This document shows, piece after piece, positions 53,262-64,000 of a stretch of 64,000 bases of DNA. This DNA comes from Lama glama (lineage: Eukaryota). The position numbers and the translations under genes were made by a program. The notes under the pieces were generated by a model. That model saw only the letters and a list, made by a program, of their open reading frames with translations, had not been told where the DNA came from and did no database searches. The stretch spans positions 3,102,001 through 3,166,000 of the forward strand of contig CM052816.1 of assembly GCA_028534125.1 (NCBI GenBank). The letters run 5' to 3'. Position 1 is the first letter of the stretch. The number at the start of each line of letters is the position of its first letter.

Positions 53262-53805
53262 CAGTGAGGGTCCCAGGCTTTTTTGATATATGGCACTTTT
53301 AATGTCAATCATTTTGTTTTCATGGCACCTTATTTATTAAGAACTATGTATTAAGTAGTTAGATCCAAACAACTTAGTAAGTATTTATATCCTAACAACT
53401 TAGTAGTCATTTGAAAATTAAATTAAAAGAAAAAATAATATTTTATTTTACTTTTAAGCAACCATAGTATTTACTAATGGATTTGTGCTTCTATTGGGCA
53501 CTGCAGAACTTATCAGGCCTTGGAATCAGATTGAACACCATTATGTTCATCTCCTGATTTAAAGTGATATTTACTTTACATCACAAAAACTTTGAAAAAC
53601 CCAGCTTTGCAAGAATATGACGCCATTGAAGGGAATGTATTATAATTTAATGTTGAAGCCACGAACTAGAACTTCAAGTTAACAGTTTATGTGGTACCAA
53701 ATAAATGTCACTATGCTTCCTTCAAAAATGTGAAATATGCCATGACACCCCTGTGAATCGACTGTGGCACCCAAGGGTGACTTGGTACACCGTTTGAGAG
53801 CCATG
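53262..53805. mobile_element. hAT-Charlie-type non-autonomous element
   Basis: Termini cagtgagggtcccagg... and ...ggtacaccgtttgagagccatgg with an AT-rich interior. Confidence 0.5.
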
Positions 53806-54035
53806 GCCATATGGAAAAAATTTCCTTACCTTTACTTCACAGCATAAACAAAATCAGTTTCAGATAAATTATGAATCTAAATGTAAAATGAAAACAGTAA
53901 GGCTTTTGGAGGAAAACATAGGAGAACACTTTTCTGATCCTGGGGTAGGACAGGGTTTCTTGAAAAGGACTCAAAAAGTACTAATATTAAAAATGTTGAT
54001 AAATTTGGCTGTATTAACTTTATATTACATTTTTT

Positions 54036-54535
54036 NNNNNNNNNNNNNNNNNNNNNNNNNNNNNNNNNNNNNNNNNNNNNNNNNNNNNNNNNNNNNNNNN
54101 NNNNNNNNNNNNNNNNNNNNNNNNNNNNNNNNNNNNNNNNNNNNNNNNNNNNNNNNNNNNNNNNNNNNNNNNNNNNNNNNNNNNNNNNNNNNNNNNNNNN
54201 NNNNNNNNNNNNNNNNNNNNNNNNNNNNNNNNNNNNNNNNNNNNNNNNNNNNNNNNNNNNNNNNNNNNNNNNNNNNNNNNNNNNNNNNNNNNNNNNNNNN
54301 NNNNNNNNNNNNNNNNNNNNNNNNNNNNNNNNNNNNNNNNNNNNNNNNNNNNNNNNNNNNNNNNNNNNNNNNNNNNNNNNNNNNNNNNNNNNNNNNNNNN
54401 NNNNNNNNNNNNNNNNNNNNNNNNNNNNNNNNNNNNNNNNNNNNNNNNNNNNNNNNNNNNNNNNNNNNNNNNNNNNNNNNNNNNNNNNNNNNNNNNNNNN
54501 NNNNNNNNNNNNNNNNNNNNNNNNNNNNNNNNNNN
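54036..54535. other. Assembly gap (500 N)
   Basis: Run of exactly 500 N flanked by L1-like sequence. Confidence 0.99.
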
Positions 54536-55326
54536 TCAGACTAATATTTACCCTTGGTGGGAAGGGAATTTGTGACTAGAAGAAGGCAAAAGGGGGCTTC
54601 TGGAGTGCTGGTCTCATATTCCCTTTCTTGATTTGGGTACCAATTATAAAGTTGTGTCTAGGTTGTGAAAATAGTTGAGCTGTATACTTATGTGCAGTTA
54701 ACACATATATGTATGTTGTACTTTAACAAAAAGTCGAAAAAATAAATAATTCTGCAGTGAACATCCTTGTAGCTATATCTTTGGAGACATTCCTATTTTG
54801 TTTCTTTTGACTAAATTCCTAGAAGTGGAATTACTAAATCACATGTTTTGAACATTTTTACGGCTTTCAGTGTATTTTGCCAACTTGTCGGGGACTGCCT
54901 TTATTTATCTTTGTCTCCCTATGCCTAGCCCCATGCCACTGGCTAATATGGTTGAATAAAGGAAGGCCCTCTTTCTGTTCCTTGAATGAATCAGGCCCGT
55001 GCAAGCCTAAAAGAAGTTCCTGTTTGCTATTCCCAGAACTCTCTTGCCTTTGTTCTTCATAACGCTGGCTCTCAGCATTAAAGACCCACTCAGCTGGGAG
55101 CCTTTCCCAACTGTGCTAAGTTGTCCTCCATTCTTATTCTCTTTCCTAGCGCCTCTTGTTTACACGTCCCAATGTGTAATTATTATATTTTATTTAATTG
55201 TATGGTTGCTTGCTCATTGCCATTCTCCCACTAGACCCTAAGTACCATGAAGATAGGAATGACACGTGTCTTATCCACTATTGTAATCCCAGCACTTCTC
55301 ACAGAACCTAGGGTGGAGAAGACCTC

Positions 55327-55750
55327 TATGTTAGCGTGACATTTTTGGCCACAAGGGACAGAATCCTAACTCAGATGAGCTTAAGCAAAAACGAACATTT
55401 TCGGCTCATGTAATTGAGAAGTTCAGAGCATAGGTTCAATTCAGACATGGCTGGATCCAGAGGTTAAAATAATATTATTAGGCCCTAGTCTCTCTTTTTC
55501 TGTCTCTTGCCACTAGTTGACTTAATTTTCAGACACATTCTTTCCCAACATGGTAGCAAAAGGACCACCCATCTCAGAAGAAAAGGAAGCAGCTTTTTGG
55601 TAGGGTTGTCAGGAATCTGGGAAGGATGCTCATTGGTCCAGCTTAGGGCCATATACCCATAGCTGAGCCAAACACAGTGGGTCTGGGGTTGGAGTTCTAT
55701 ATCCAGGCCTTGGTTCTTCGACTATCTCTGAGGGGGTGGATGGGTGGGAG
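55327..55750 (-). mobile_element. MLT1K-like LTR remnant
   Basis: ttcagacatggctggatccagagg; ctcattggtccagcttagggccatatacccat. Confidence 0.6.
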
Positions 55751-56571
55751 AGGAGGCTCCACCCCACCCAAACCGCAAGAAGGTGAGAACAGGTGCAAGG
55801 GCTAACTTATTTGCTTAACTCCCAGTCCAGCTTACCACTTGATCGGCTGCAGAGACTCAGCTTTCTCACTGGGTGTATGCAGCCATTAACCTTAAGCCAG
55901 GCAGCTGAGACCTACAAGTAACGGAGCTATTTTCCAGCTAAGTGGGACCAGCTGAAATCAAGTACTTCCTTGACCCTTGATTGCCTTCTTTTATCAGGCA
56001 ATATAGTGGCATTCCCTGAATGCCTTTGCTCTTTGCAATTTATTTGGGATTTAGGTGGATGTCTGCTCTTTGTAACAAACTTAGGGGTGGAGTTCATACG
56101 TAACGTTTTCCTCCTTTCCAATCCTTATGCTAAACTAGGCCTGTTTATACAGTTTTCTTGAGCAGTTTCAAGATCATACTTCCACCCTCTCATTTTATCC
56201 ACCTCCTTCTCCTGCTTCAGCCAGATCAACCCGAAGTTGACTGAGCTAAGTGACAAACAGGAATTTTCTCATTGGTATGCAGAGGTACATCAGATACATA
56301 AACTCACTGGCAGCGTTAGTATTCACTGGCTCGCAGACTCATCACTTTAGGCTTCCAATCTGGCTCCTTTCTCAAGGTTTCTCCATGACCTTGAGGAAGT
56401 CAATTCCCTCTTTCTGGACCACAGCAGCTCTCGCTATAAAATCAAATAATTACCTTGTCTGCTGAACAAGATAGTTTCTGGATACTCCCTTGCCCCAAAT
56501 CGCTGATCCTGGAATTACCTTTCCCCAGCAATCTGGTGATGAGAAGGTTAACATTAAGTGTGGGGTGGCTG

Positions 56572-56749
56572 CATGATCAGCCACATGATTTCTGGGTCCT
56601 TCTACAGAATGAAAATGCAATTTCCCTTGTCCAAAAATTATTAAGAATTTCAAGATCACAACAGTGGAACATTAAGCCAAGTATGAGGACCTTTTGAGAC
56701 TGGGGTCCTGTGCAACTTCCTGGGTCATACTTCTGTGAAGCCAGGCCTG
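56572..56749 (-). mobile_element. MER45A-like hAT MITE
   Basis: aatgaaaatgc...ccttgtccaaaaattattaagaatttcaaga...gaagccaggcctg. Confidence 0.8.
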
Positions 56750-57468
56750 AATGTCTGAATTAATCAGAGAAGATTAACCAGCTATGCTCATGCCCCTCCT
56801 CAGAAGTCTGCATTATGTCTCTACCACCTTTCACGGGGATAGCAAAATCAAATGCCTATAAAATAAATGAGTGATGTGGGTGGGGGTGATGATGACCATA
56901 GGGGAATTTAGGCTTACTATTGCCCAACCTTCTAATATTTGAAGAGAAGCCAGGATCAAAAAATTTTTTAATCTCCTGATTTATTTTGTGTGTGTATGTA
57001 CTTTAAAAAAGTTATTATCTTGCACACCCATTCAGGTAATGCCATTTATACCAAATTAACAACATGGAAGAAGTACCAGTGGGTGACATCTGATGACATA
57101 TAGGCACTGAGCAAAGCCTACGCTCTGAACTTCTACCCGGTTCTGCTGCCTGCATGCCGGCAGTTCCCTGAACTCTTGCAGTTCCCTGATTGGTCCAGAG
57201 CCTGGCAGTTAGTGGGAACTCAGTCAAGGTTGGTTGAATGAATCTTTTTTAAAGACTGACTTACATCACTATGCGTTTATACATACTGTTTTCTCTTCTT
57301 GAAACACTCTTCACTCACAACTACTATGTCTACCTGGGAATACCTACTGATTCTTTAAGATCTATCTTAGTTATTACGTACAGTATGTAAAGACTTTACA
57401 GAACAGTCACCTTCCCACATCCAGTAGACAGTCTTAATCATTTCTTAATCAATTCCTCCACATTTTAA

Positions 57469-57600
<132 letters not shown>

Positions 57601-57639
57601 TAATATAAAGAAATTTACTCTGAAATGGACTTTCTGTTT

Positions 57640-58985
57640 TTCTTAAATTGAGGTATAGTTGATTTACAGTATTATATAAATTTTGGGTGTAAAACACAGT
57701 GAATCACAATGTTTAAACATTATAGTCCATTTATGGTTGTTATAAAGCATTGGCTATATTCCCTGTGCTGTACTATATAACCCTGTAGCTTACTTATTTT
57801 ATACAAGGTAGTTTGTACCTCTTAATCATCAACCCTCTTCCCTCTCCCCACTAGTAATGACTGGTTGTTCTCTATATCTGTGAGTCTGCTTCTTTTTTGT
57901 TATATTCACTAGTTTGTTTTATTTTTTAGATTCCAAATATAAGTGATACCATACAGTATTTGTCTTTCTCTGTCTGCCTGACTTATTTCACTAAGCATGA
58001 TACCCTCCAAGTCCATCCATGTTGTTGCAAATAGCAAATTTTCATTTTTTGTGGCTGAGTACTATTCCATGATATATATGTACCACATCTTCTTTATTCA
58101 TTCATCTGTTGATGGACACTTAGGTTTTTTCCATATGTTGGCTATGATGCTATGAACATTGGGGTGCATGTATCTTTTCAAATTAGTGTTTTTGTTTTTT
58201 TGGGTGTATACCCAAGAATGGAATTACTGGATCATATGGTAGTTCTATTTTTAGTGTTTTGAGGAAACTCCATACTGTTTTCTGCAGTGGCTGCACCAAT
58301 TTACATTCTTACCTATAGTGTACAAGGGTTTCTTTTTCTTTACATCCTCACCAACACTTGTATATTTACGGTCTTTTTGATGATAGTCATTCTGACTGGT
58401 GTGAGGTGACAGCTCATTGTAGTTTTGATTTGCATTTGTCTGATGATTAATGATGTTGAACATCTTTTCATTTGCCTTTTGATCATTTGTATGTCTTCTC
58501 TGGAAAAATTTCTATTCAGTTCTTCTGCCCGTTTTTTAATCAACTTGTTTGTTTTTATGGTTGAATTGTATGAGCTGTTTATATGTTTTGGATAGAAATC
58601 CCTTATCAGTCATATCATTTGTAAATATTTTCCCCCATTCAGTAGGTTGTCTTTTCATTTTGTTGATGGTTTCCTTTGCTGTGCAAAAGTTTTTAAGTTT
58701 AGGGGATTTCCCAAGATGGCAGTGAGTGGCGGGCAGAAGCAGCCCACGAGGTCAGCCATAAAATGTCCCCTCCCACCACTTCCAGCCAGCTTTCACTGAC
58801 GGCCCTGGTGGGCAATCATGAAGTGCCGGAGGAAGTTCCCTGCAGCCTTAAATTTTTTTTTAAGTTTTAAAATTTCATTAGATCCCATTTGTTTATTTTT
58901 GCTTTTCTTTCTTTTGCCTTAGGAGACAGATCCAAAAAATATATATTGCTGCAATTTATGTCAAAGAATGTTCTACCTATTTTTA
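57640..58985 (-). mobile_element. Antisense 5'-truncated L1 carrying a 160-bp insertion at 58702-58861
   Basis: Minus-strand ORF2 C-terminus ([26 protein letters not shown]) and L1 3' UTR. Confidence 0.88.
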
Positions 58986-59644
58986 ATGTTCTGATTTTTT
59001 AGTGTTGATAATTGTTGAGAAAAATTATCCAAAAACTGGAGATAAGGCAAAAGGACAACTGCAGTGTTTTTCAATGGCATCCAGAAGCAGCAGCTCTCAA
59101 AATGTGCTCGCTAGTCAACGGCATCAGCACTGCCTGAGAACAATACATCAGTGTGTATATGTATTTACAGAAATGCTTACATATAAATGAAATGAATGAA
59201 GGCAGCAATACACGGGAAGAATTAGGAGTATTTTGTTGTTATACTGTATTCATACTACCTGGGAAGTGACACAGTGTTATTGGAAAATTGGCTTGGATTA
59301 GATATAAGTGTGTATTGTAAACTCTAAGGCAAGCACTAAAAAAAGTGGGAGAAAAGTATAAGATATACTAAGATAAGAGCAAAAATGGAATCGTATGTGA
59401 TGTTCAAATAAAACCACAGAAGGCAGAAACAGAGACAAAAACAGAAACAACGAACAAAGGCAACAAATAGAAAACAGTAACAGATATGGTAGATATCAAT
59501 CTGACTATGTCAGTAATCACTGTGAATGTCAATGGTCTAACTGCTCTAATTTAAAAAACGAGATCATCAGAGCGGACCGAAAAACAAGACCCAATGATAT
59601 ATGTGCAAGAAACCCACTTTAGATATAAAGATAAATGTATTTAT

Positions 59645-59781
59645 CTGCAGCCAATTAAGCCGACTATGCTCTTTAACTTGTGGGGACCCAGTGTGTAATG
59701 GTCCAGTGTGTACAGCTTCCTTGGTAGTGTATGCAGCCTGTTGCCTGTATGGGTTGCCCCTAAGAGACCTTGGAGACAGCT
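59645..59781 (+). ncRNA. SNORA70: SNORA70 (U70, H/ACA snoRNA) retrocopy, probably non-functional
   Basis: ctgcagccaattaagccgact...ggggacccagtgtg...cagcttccttggtagtgtatgcagcctgttg...gggttgcccctaagagaccttggagACAgct matches U70 as I recall it. ACA box at 59776-59778; no intact ANANNA H box visible in the hinge. Confidence 0.9.
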
Positions 59782-59825
59782 CTTTCCAGTGGACATTCAT
59801 GTCTGTCCTGCTGTCCCCAACCTAG

Positions 59826-60202
59826 GTTCCAGACAGGGATGCGGGGTGCTTTTGGAAAGTCCCAGGGCATAGTGGCCAGGGTCCATATTGGCCAAATCAT
59901 CACATCCATCCACACCAAGCTGCAGAACAAGAGCATGTGATTGAGGTCCTACGCAGCCAAGTTCAAGTTCCCCAGCTGCCAGAAGATCCCCATCTCCAAG
60001 AAGTGGGGATTTACCAAGTTTAATGCAGATGAACTTGAAAACATGGTGGCAGAAAAGCAGCTCATTCCAAATGGCTATGGGGTCAAATGCATCCCTAGTT
60101 GTGGCCCCCTCAACAAATGGCAGGCCTTGCACTCATGAGAGCTTTGGCGCTGTCCCCTCCTTATTCACACCCACCAATAAATCCTACTTTCCTGTAAAAA
60201 AA
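59826..60202 (+). pseudogene. RPL10: RPL10 processed pseudogene fragment (last two exons, 3' UTR, poly(A))
   Basis: [23 protein letters not shown]...[23 protein letters not shown]...[11 protein letters not shown]; two small deletions near 59930-59957; last intron absent; AATAAA 60176-60181; A-tract 60196-60202. Confidence 0.95.
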
Positions 60203-61349
60203 GCAAAGATAAATATATTTATATACATAAATTAAAAGGATGGAGATAAATATACCATGCTAACACTATCCAAAAGAAATCAGGAGTAGCTATATTAATT
60301 TTAGACAGAGCAGACATCAAAGCAAGGAAAATTTTCAGGTATGAAGACGATTTCATAATGATAACGAGATCAATATTCCAAGAAGACGTAAGAATCCTTA
60401 ATGTGTCTGTGCCTAACAACAGAGCATCAAATTATGTGAGGTGAAAACTTATAGAATTGCAAAGAGAAATAGATGAATCCACTATCAGAGTAAGAGGTTT
60501 CAACACCTTCCATCACAAATGGACAGATCCAGCAGGCAGAAAATCAGTAAGGACATAGTTGAACTCAAACCATGGATCAATTGGATATAAATGACATCTA
60601 TATCCTACTTCACCACCAAAAGCAGAGTACGCATTCTCAAGATGACATGGAACATTCACCACTACAGACCCCATTCAGAGCCATAAAACACATCCTTACA
60701 AATTTCAAAGAATAGAAATCATACACTGTCAGCTCTCAGACCACAGTGGATTTAAACTAGAAATCTATAATTAAAAGATAACTGGAAATTTTCAAAATAC
60801 ATGGAGATTAAATAATACAATTCTGAATAACATATGGATGAAAGAAGAACTCTCAAGAGAAACTGAAAAGCACTTTGAACTAAATGAAACTTGCTAAAGT
60901 TATACTTGCTAAAGTTACGCTTCCAGGAAACTGGTTTACAAAGCAAAGTCATCACAGGGCCAACACTATTTTCATAATAAGGGCGCATGAGGACAATTCA
61001 CTCACGAGCAACCTGGAAGTTTGTGCTGAGCCAGAATGAAATAATAATTATTATTAATTATTTAATTTATAATTAGTTTAATTAAACATGTATTGTACCT
61101 TCCAAATGTGGCGGCAGGGGGTGGTGGTGAGAGAGGAAAAAGGTGCAGCTCCTGTTCACATGGGGCTCACAATATAGTGGAGGTGGAGTAAGAAAAAGAT
61201 AATTACAGTAGAACAGGATCAATGTCTTTGATAATAATTAAAGAATCAGTATATAATTAGACTCTTCACGTGTTGCATAACTAAAAGCACAAGCCAACCA
61301 TTATGAACATCCTCCCCACGACCACACTTTTTAGCAGTAGAATGAGAAT

Positions 61350-61570
61350 AATTAAAATTAACATTTGTTGACTATTTACTGTATGAGAGGTGCTACTCGA
61401 AGCACCCATCTAAGCCTCACAAAAACCCTGTGATGCAGGAACTATCATCGTTAGCATCTTTTGTAGATGAAGCAACAAAGTCACAGAAAAGGCTATTTGC
61501 CCATGGTCACACAGCCAGTAACGGAAAGAAGAGGGATTTAAACCCGGCAGGGTGGCCACCTCCTAACCGT
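61350..61570 (-). mobile_element. MIR
   Basis: ttttgtagatgaagcaacaaagtcacagaaaaggctatttgcccatggtcacacagccagtaa. Confidence 0.7.
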
Positions 61571-62868
61571 GATATTACATTGTAGCTAGAAGGAACAGGG
61601 ATCTGGGTTACCTGGACTCCTGAAATTTGGAACTGGTTGCTCTAACTCTGCCTCGGTTTTCCTGATATCAGAGGAGAGAATCAAGCATGCAAAGAGAGGT
61701 CAAGTATGCAAAACTCTCTGCATAAGACACTAGGAAAAACCATTATTCCTTTTGTGTTTTTTCCTGTGTTTGCCATTTATTTATCCACCCACCCCCATTA
61801 CTACAGTAACACATAAGTACATAAATGTTATAGAAAATAGAAGAGGCAAAAAAAAAAACCCAAAACCCAGAAAATAATGAACAAAAACCAAACAAACCAA
61901 ACCAAACAAAAAAAGCCTTCATCCAACCATAGTCTCACCATCCAGAGGTGACTGTCGCTAACATTTTGGCACATTTCCTTCTAGTCTTTTTTTAAAGTCC
62001 TTTATTTACATAGCTGAGATCGTATTTACATTTGTAATTTTGGACACTGCTCTTTCCACTTAACATCAGAGCATAAACTCTGTGCAAACATTGTTTTAAG
62101 TGGCCGCATAATAATCCATCATATGAATATTCTATAATTTATTAACTGTTCTTTCACAATTGGATATTTAGGTCATCTCCAATATTTTCACAATTATAAG
62201 TAACAGCAATATGAACATTCTAGTCCATAGATCTTTGTATGCATTACAGATTATTTTTTTAGGCTGGTTTCCCAGAAATGTAATTACTAGGTTAAGTATC
62301 ATGAATATTTTAAAGACTGCGTAGAGATGTAGTATTCTTTATAAATAACAGATATGTTTTCTACAAATAAAAGGAAAGTCTTCCAGGGGGTCAGAAATTG
62401 TGTATACATTTGTTCCTGTGTATAAATGTGGAGGAGGGTAGTTGCAAGACAGAACTGAGAACTTTCTCACTCCTCGGTCAGTGCAGTAACCACGGGACGT
62501 TTTCTTCTTGTGAACTACTTCCCAATTTTCAGGGACGCATGCTGATTAAATATTGATCAGCTGAGTGCCAGCAAATGGAAGTAAATTTCAGATAGGGAGT
62601 TTGGATGCCTTTTGCAAGTAGATTGTCCATAGAATAAGTTAGACTTAATACTTCAGCATTTTTTACCTGGCGCAGTACTTTCACTACCATTATCTCAACA
62701 GCTTCTCACAGCTCCTGAGTTAAATGGGTTGGGGTAGCCATTAATATTCCCAGGGCATTGGTTAGAAACTAAGGCCCAGAAAGCAGAATGACTTACCCAA
62801 AGTCACAGAGCTGGTTGGAGAGAGCAGGGACTAGAATCCTAGCCTCATGGCTCTAGGGCTAGAGCCCC

Positions 62869-63269
62869 TGTTATGGACTAAATTGTGCCTCCCCCACCCC
62901 ACCCCAATTCATATATCGAAACCCTAACCCCCAATGTGACTGTATTTGGAGGTAGAGCCTATAAAGAGGTAATAAATGTTAAACAAGGTTATCAGGGTGG
63001 GGCCGTGAGCTGATAGGATTAGGGTCCTTACAAGAAGAGGGAGACCAGAGCTCGCTCTCTCTGCATGCTCACACAGAGAACAGGCCAAGTGAGGACACAG
63101 CAAAACAGCAGCTGTCTAAAAGCCAGGAAAAGGGGCCGCATCAGAAACCATCCCTGTCAATACCTTGATCTTGGACTTCTGGTCTCCAGACTGTGAGAAA
63201 ATAAATTTCAGTCATTTAAGCCACCCAGTCTATGGTGTCAGTTATGCAAAGCTCTGGAAGACTAATACA
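62869..63269 (+). mobile_element. MLT1A-type 5' LTR
   Basis: tgttatggactaaattgtg...cccccaatgtgactgtatttggag...ccagactgtgagaaaataaattt...gactaataca (TG...CA termini). Confidence 0.85.
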
Positions 63270-64000
63270 GATGTCAGTACCAAGAAGTGGGGTCCTACTG
63301 TAACAAATGCCTAAAAATGGAGAGGTGGCTTGGAACTGGGTAGTAGATAGAGGCTGGGTAAGCTTAGAGGTCCATGCTGCAAACAAACTAGATTGCCTTG
63401 AAGGGACTGATGTTAGAAATATGATGTTAAAGGCAGTCTGGTGAAGGTTCAGGAAGAAAAGAGAGGAGCTGTAAAGAAAGTGTCATTTTAGAGAAGACAC
63501 ATATCATCATGAATAGAATGTTGGTAGGGCTGTGAACGTTAAAGGTGATTCTGGTGACGTCTCAGATGAGAAGGCAGAATATGCTTTTGGAAACTAGAAG
63601 AAAGGCGATCCTTGTTTTAAAGTGACTAAGAACTTGGTTGAATTGCGTTCTAGTGTTTTGTGGAAGGTAGAATTCCAAGTGTATTTAGATATTTGGCCGA
63701 GGAGATTTCTGAGCAAAGTGTTAAAGGTGTGACCTGGTTTCTTCCTGTTGCTTATAGTAAAATGCAAGAGGAGAGCGATAAGTTGAAGGAATTGCTAAGG
63801 AAAAAGGAACCAGAGCTTGAAGATTTGGAAAATTCTCAGTCCATCTACACTGCAAAAAATGAGAATGTATGCTCTAGAGAGGATACCAAGGCTGTGGCCG
63901 GACAATCACCCTATGAGGAGATGACTCATGCAGTTAATCTGCCAGCTCAGCAGGTATCAGGAATAGAGATGGGATTATGCTAGCAGAGACACTGCCAGTG
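63270..64000 (+). mobile_element. MaLR (MLT1A-int) internal sequence, running off the window
   Basis: Directly follows the LTR: gtaccaagaagtgggg...gtggcttggaactggg...ggaaactagaagaaaggcgatccttg; peptide YLAEEISEQSVKGVTWFL. Confidence 0.8.

Larger units (their letters stand above)
59085..60890 (+). mobile_element. Old L1 (inter-ORF and ORF2 endonuclease region), host of the SNORA70-RPL10 retrocopy
   Basis: tcagtaatcactgtgaatgtcaatggtctaa...gacccaa...caagaaacccacttt resumes as taccatgctaacact after the insertion. Confidence 0.8.

Noticed and set aside
53888..54544. 218-aa ORF
   Set aside because: Artefact of the N gap preceded by a short L1 ORF2 remnant.
59797..60132. 111-aa minus-strand ORF
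   Set aside because: Antisense shadow of the RPL10 retrocopy.

Overview
Mammalian genomic DNA, most likely a camelid: the youngest L1 3' ends resemble alpaca/camel L1, and I saw no Alu, B1, Bov-tA, CHR or PRE SINEs. The window holds one intact protein-coding gene, SOX30 (+ strand, 5 coding exons: 5996-7007, 8609-8848, 10071-10250, 16208-16700, 32679-33060; 768 aa, HMG box in exons 2-3). Its CpG-island promoter carries two CCAAT boxes 32 bp apart, a CHR, MYB sites, an RFX X-box and a SOX site. The rest is mostly repeats: nested L1s in intron 4, L2/MIR/CR1 relics, hAT MITEs, MER21-like and MLT1 LTRs, and a 500-N assembly gap. The most notable non-obvious elements are (i) a TSD-flanked retrocopy that begins exactly at SNORA70 and continues through retained intron into the spliced last RPL10 exons and poly(A) (59645-60204); (ii) a heavily frameshifted, unusually GC-rich Buster/Charlie-type hAT transposase relic on the minus strand (~45060-46290); (iii) an unidentified 160-bp YY1-box-headed insertion in an L1 (58702-58861); and (iv) a tail-less, apparently internally primed L1 ORF2 insertion (27175-28436). 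All family names come from recall, not from a search. I found no convincing evidence of a wholly new biological system.
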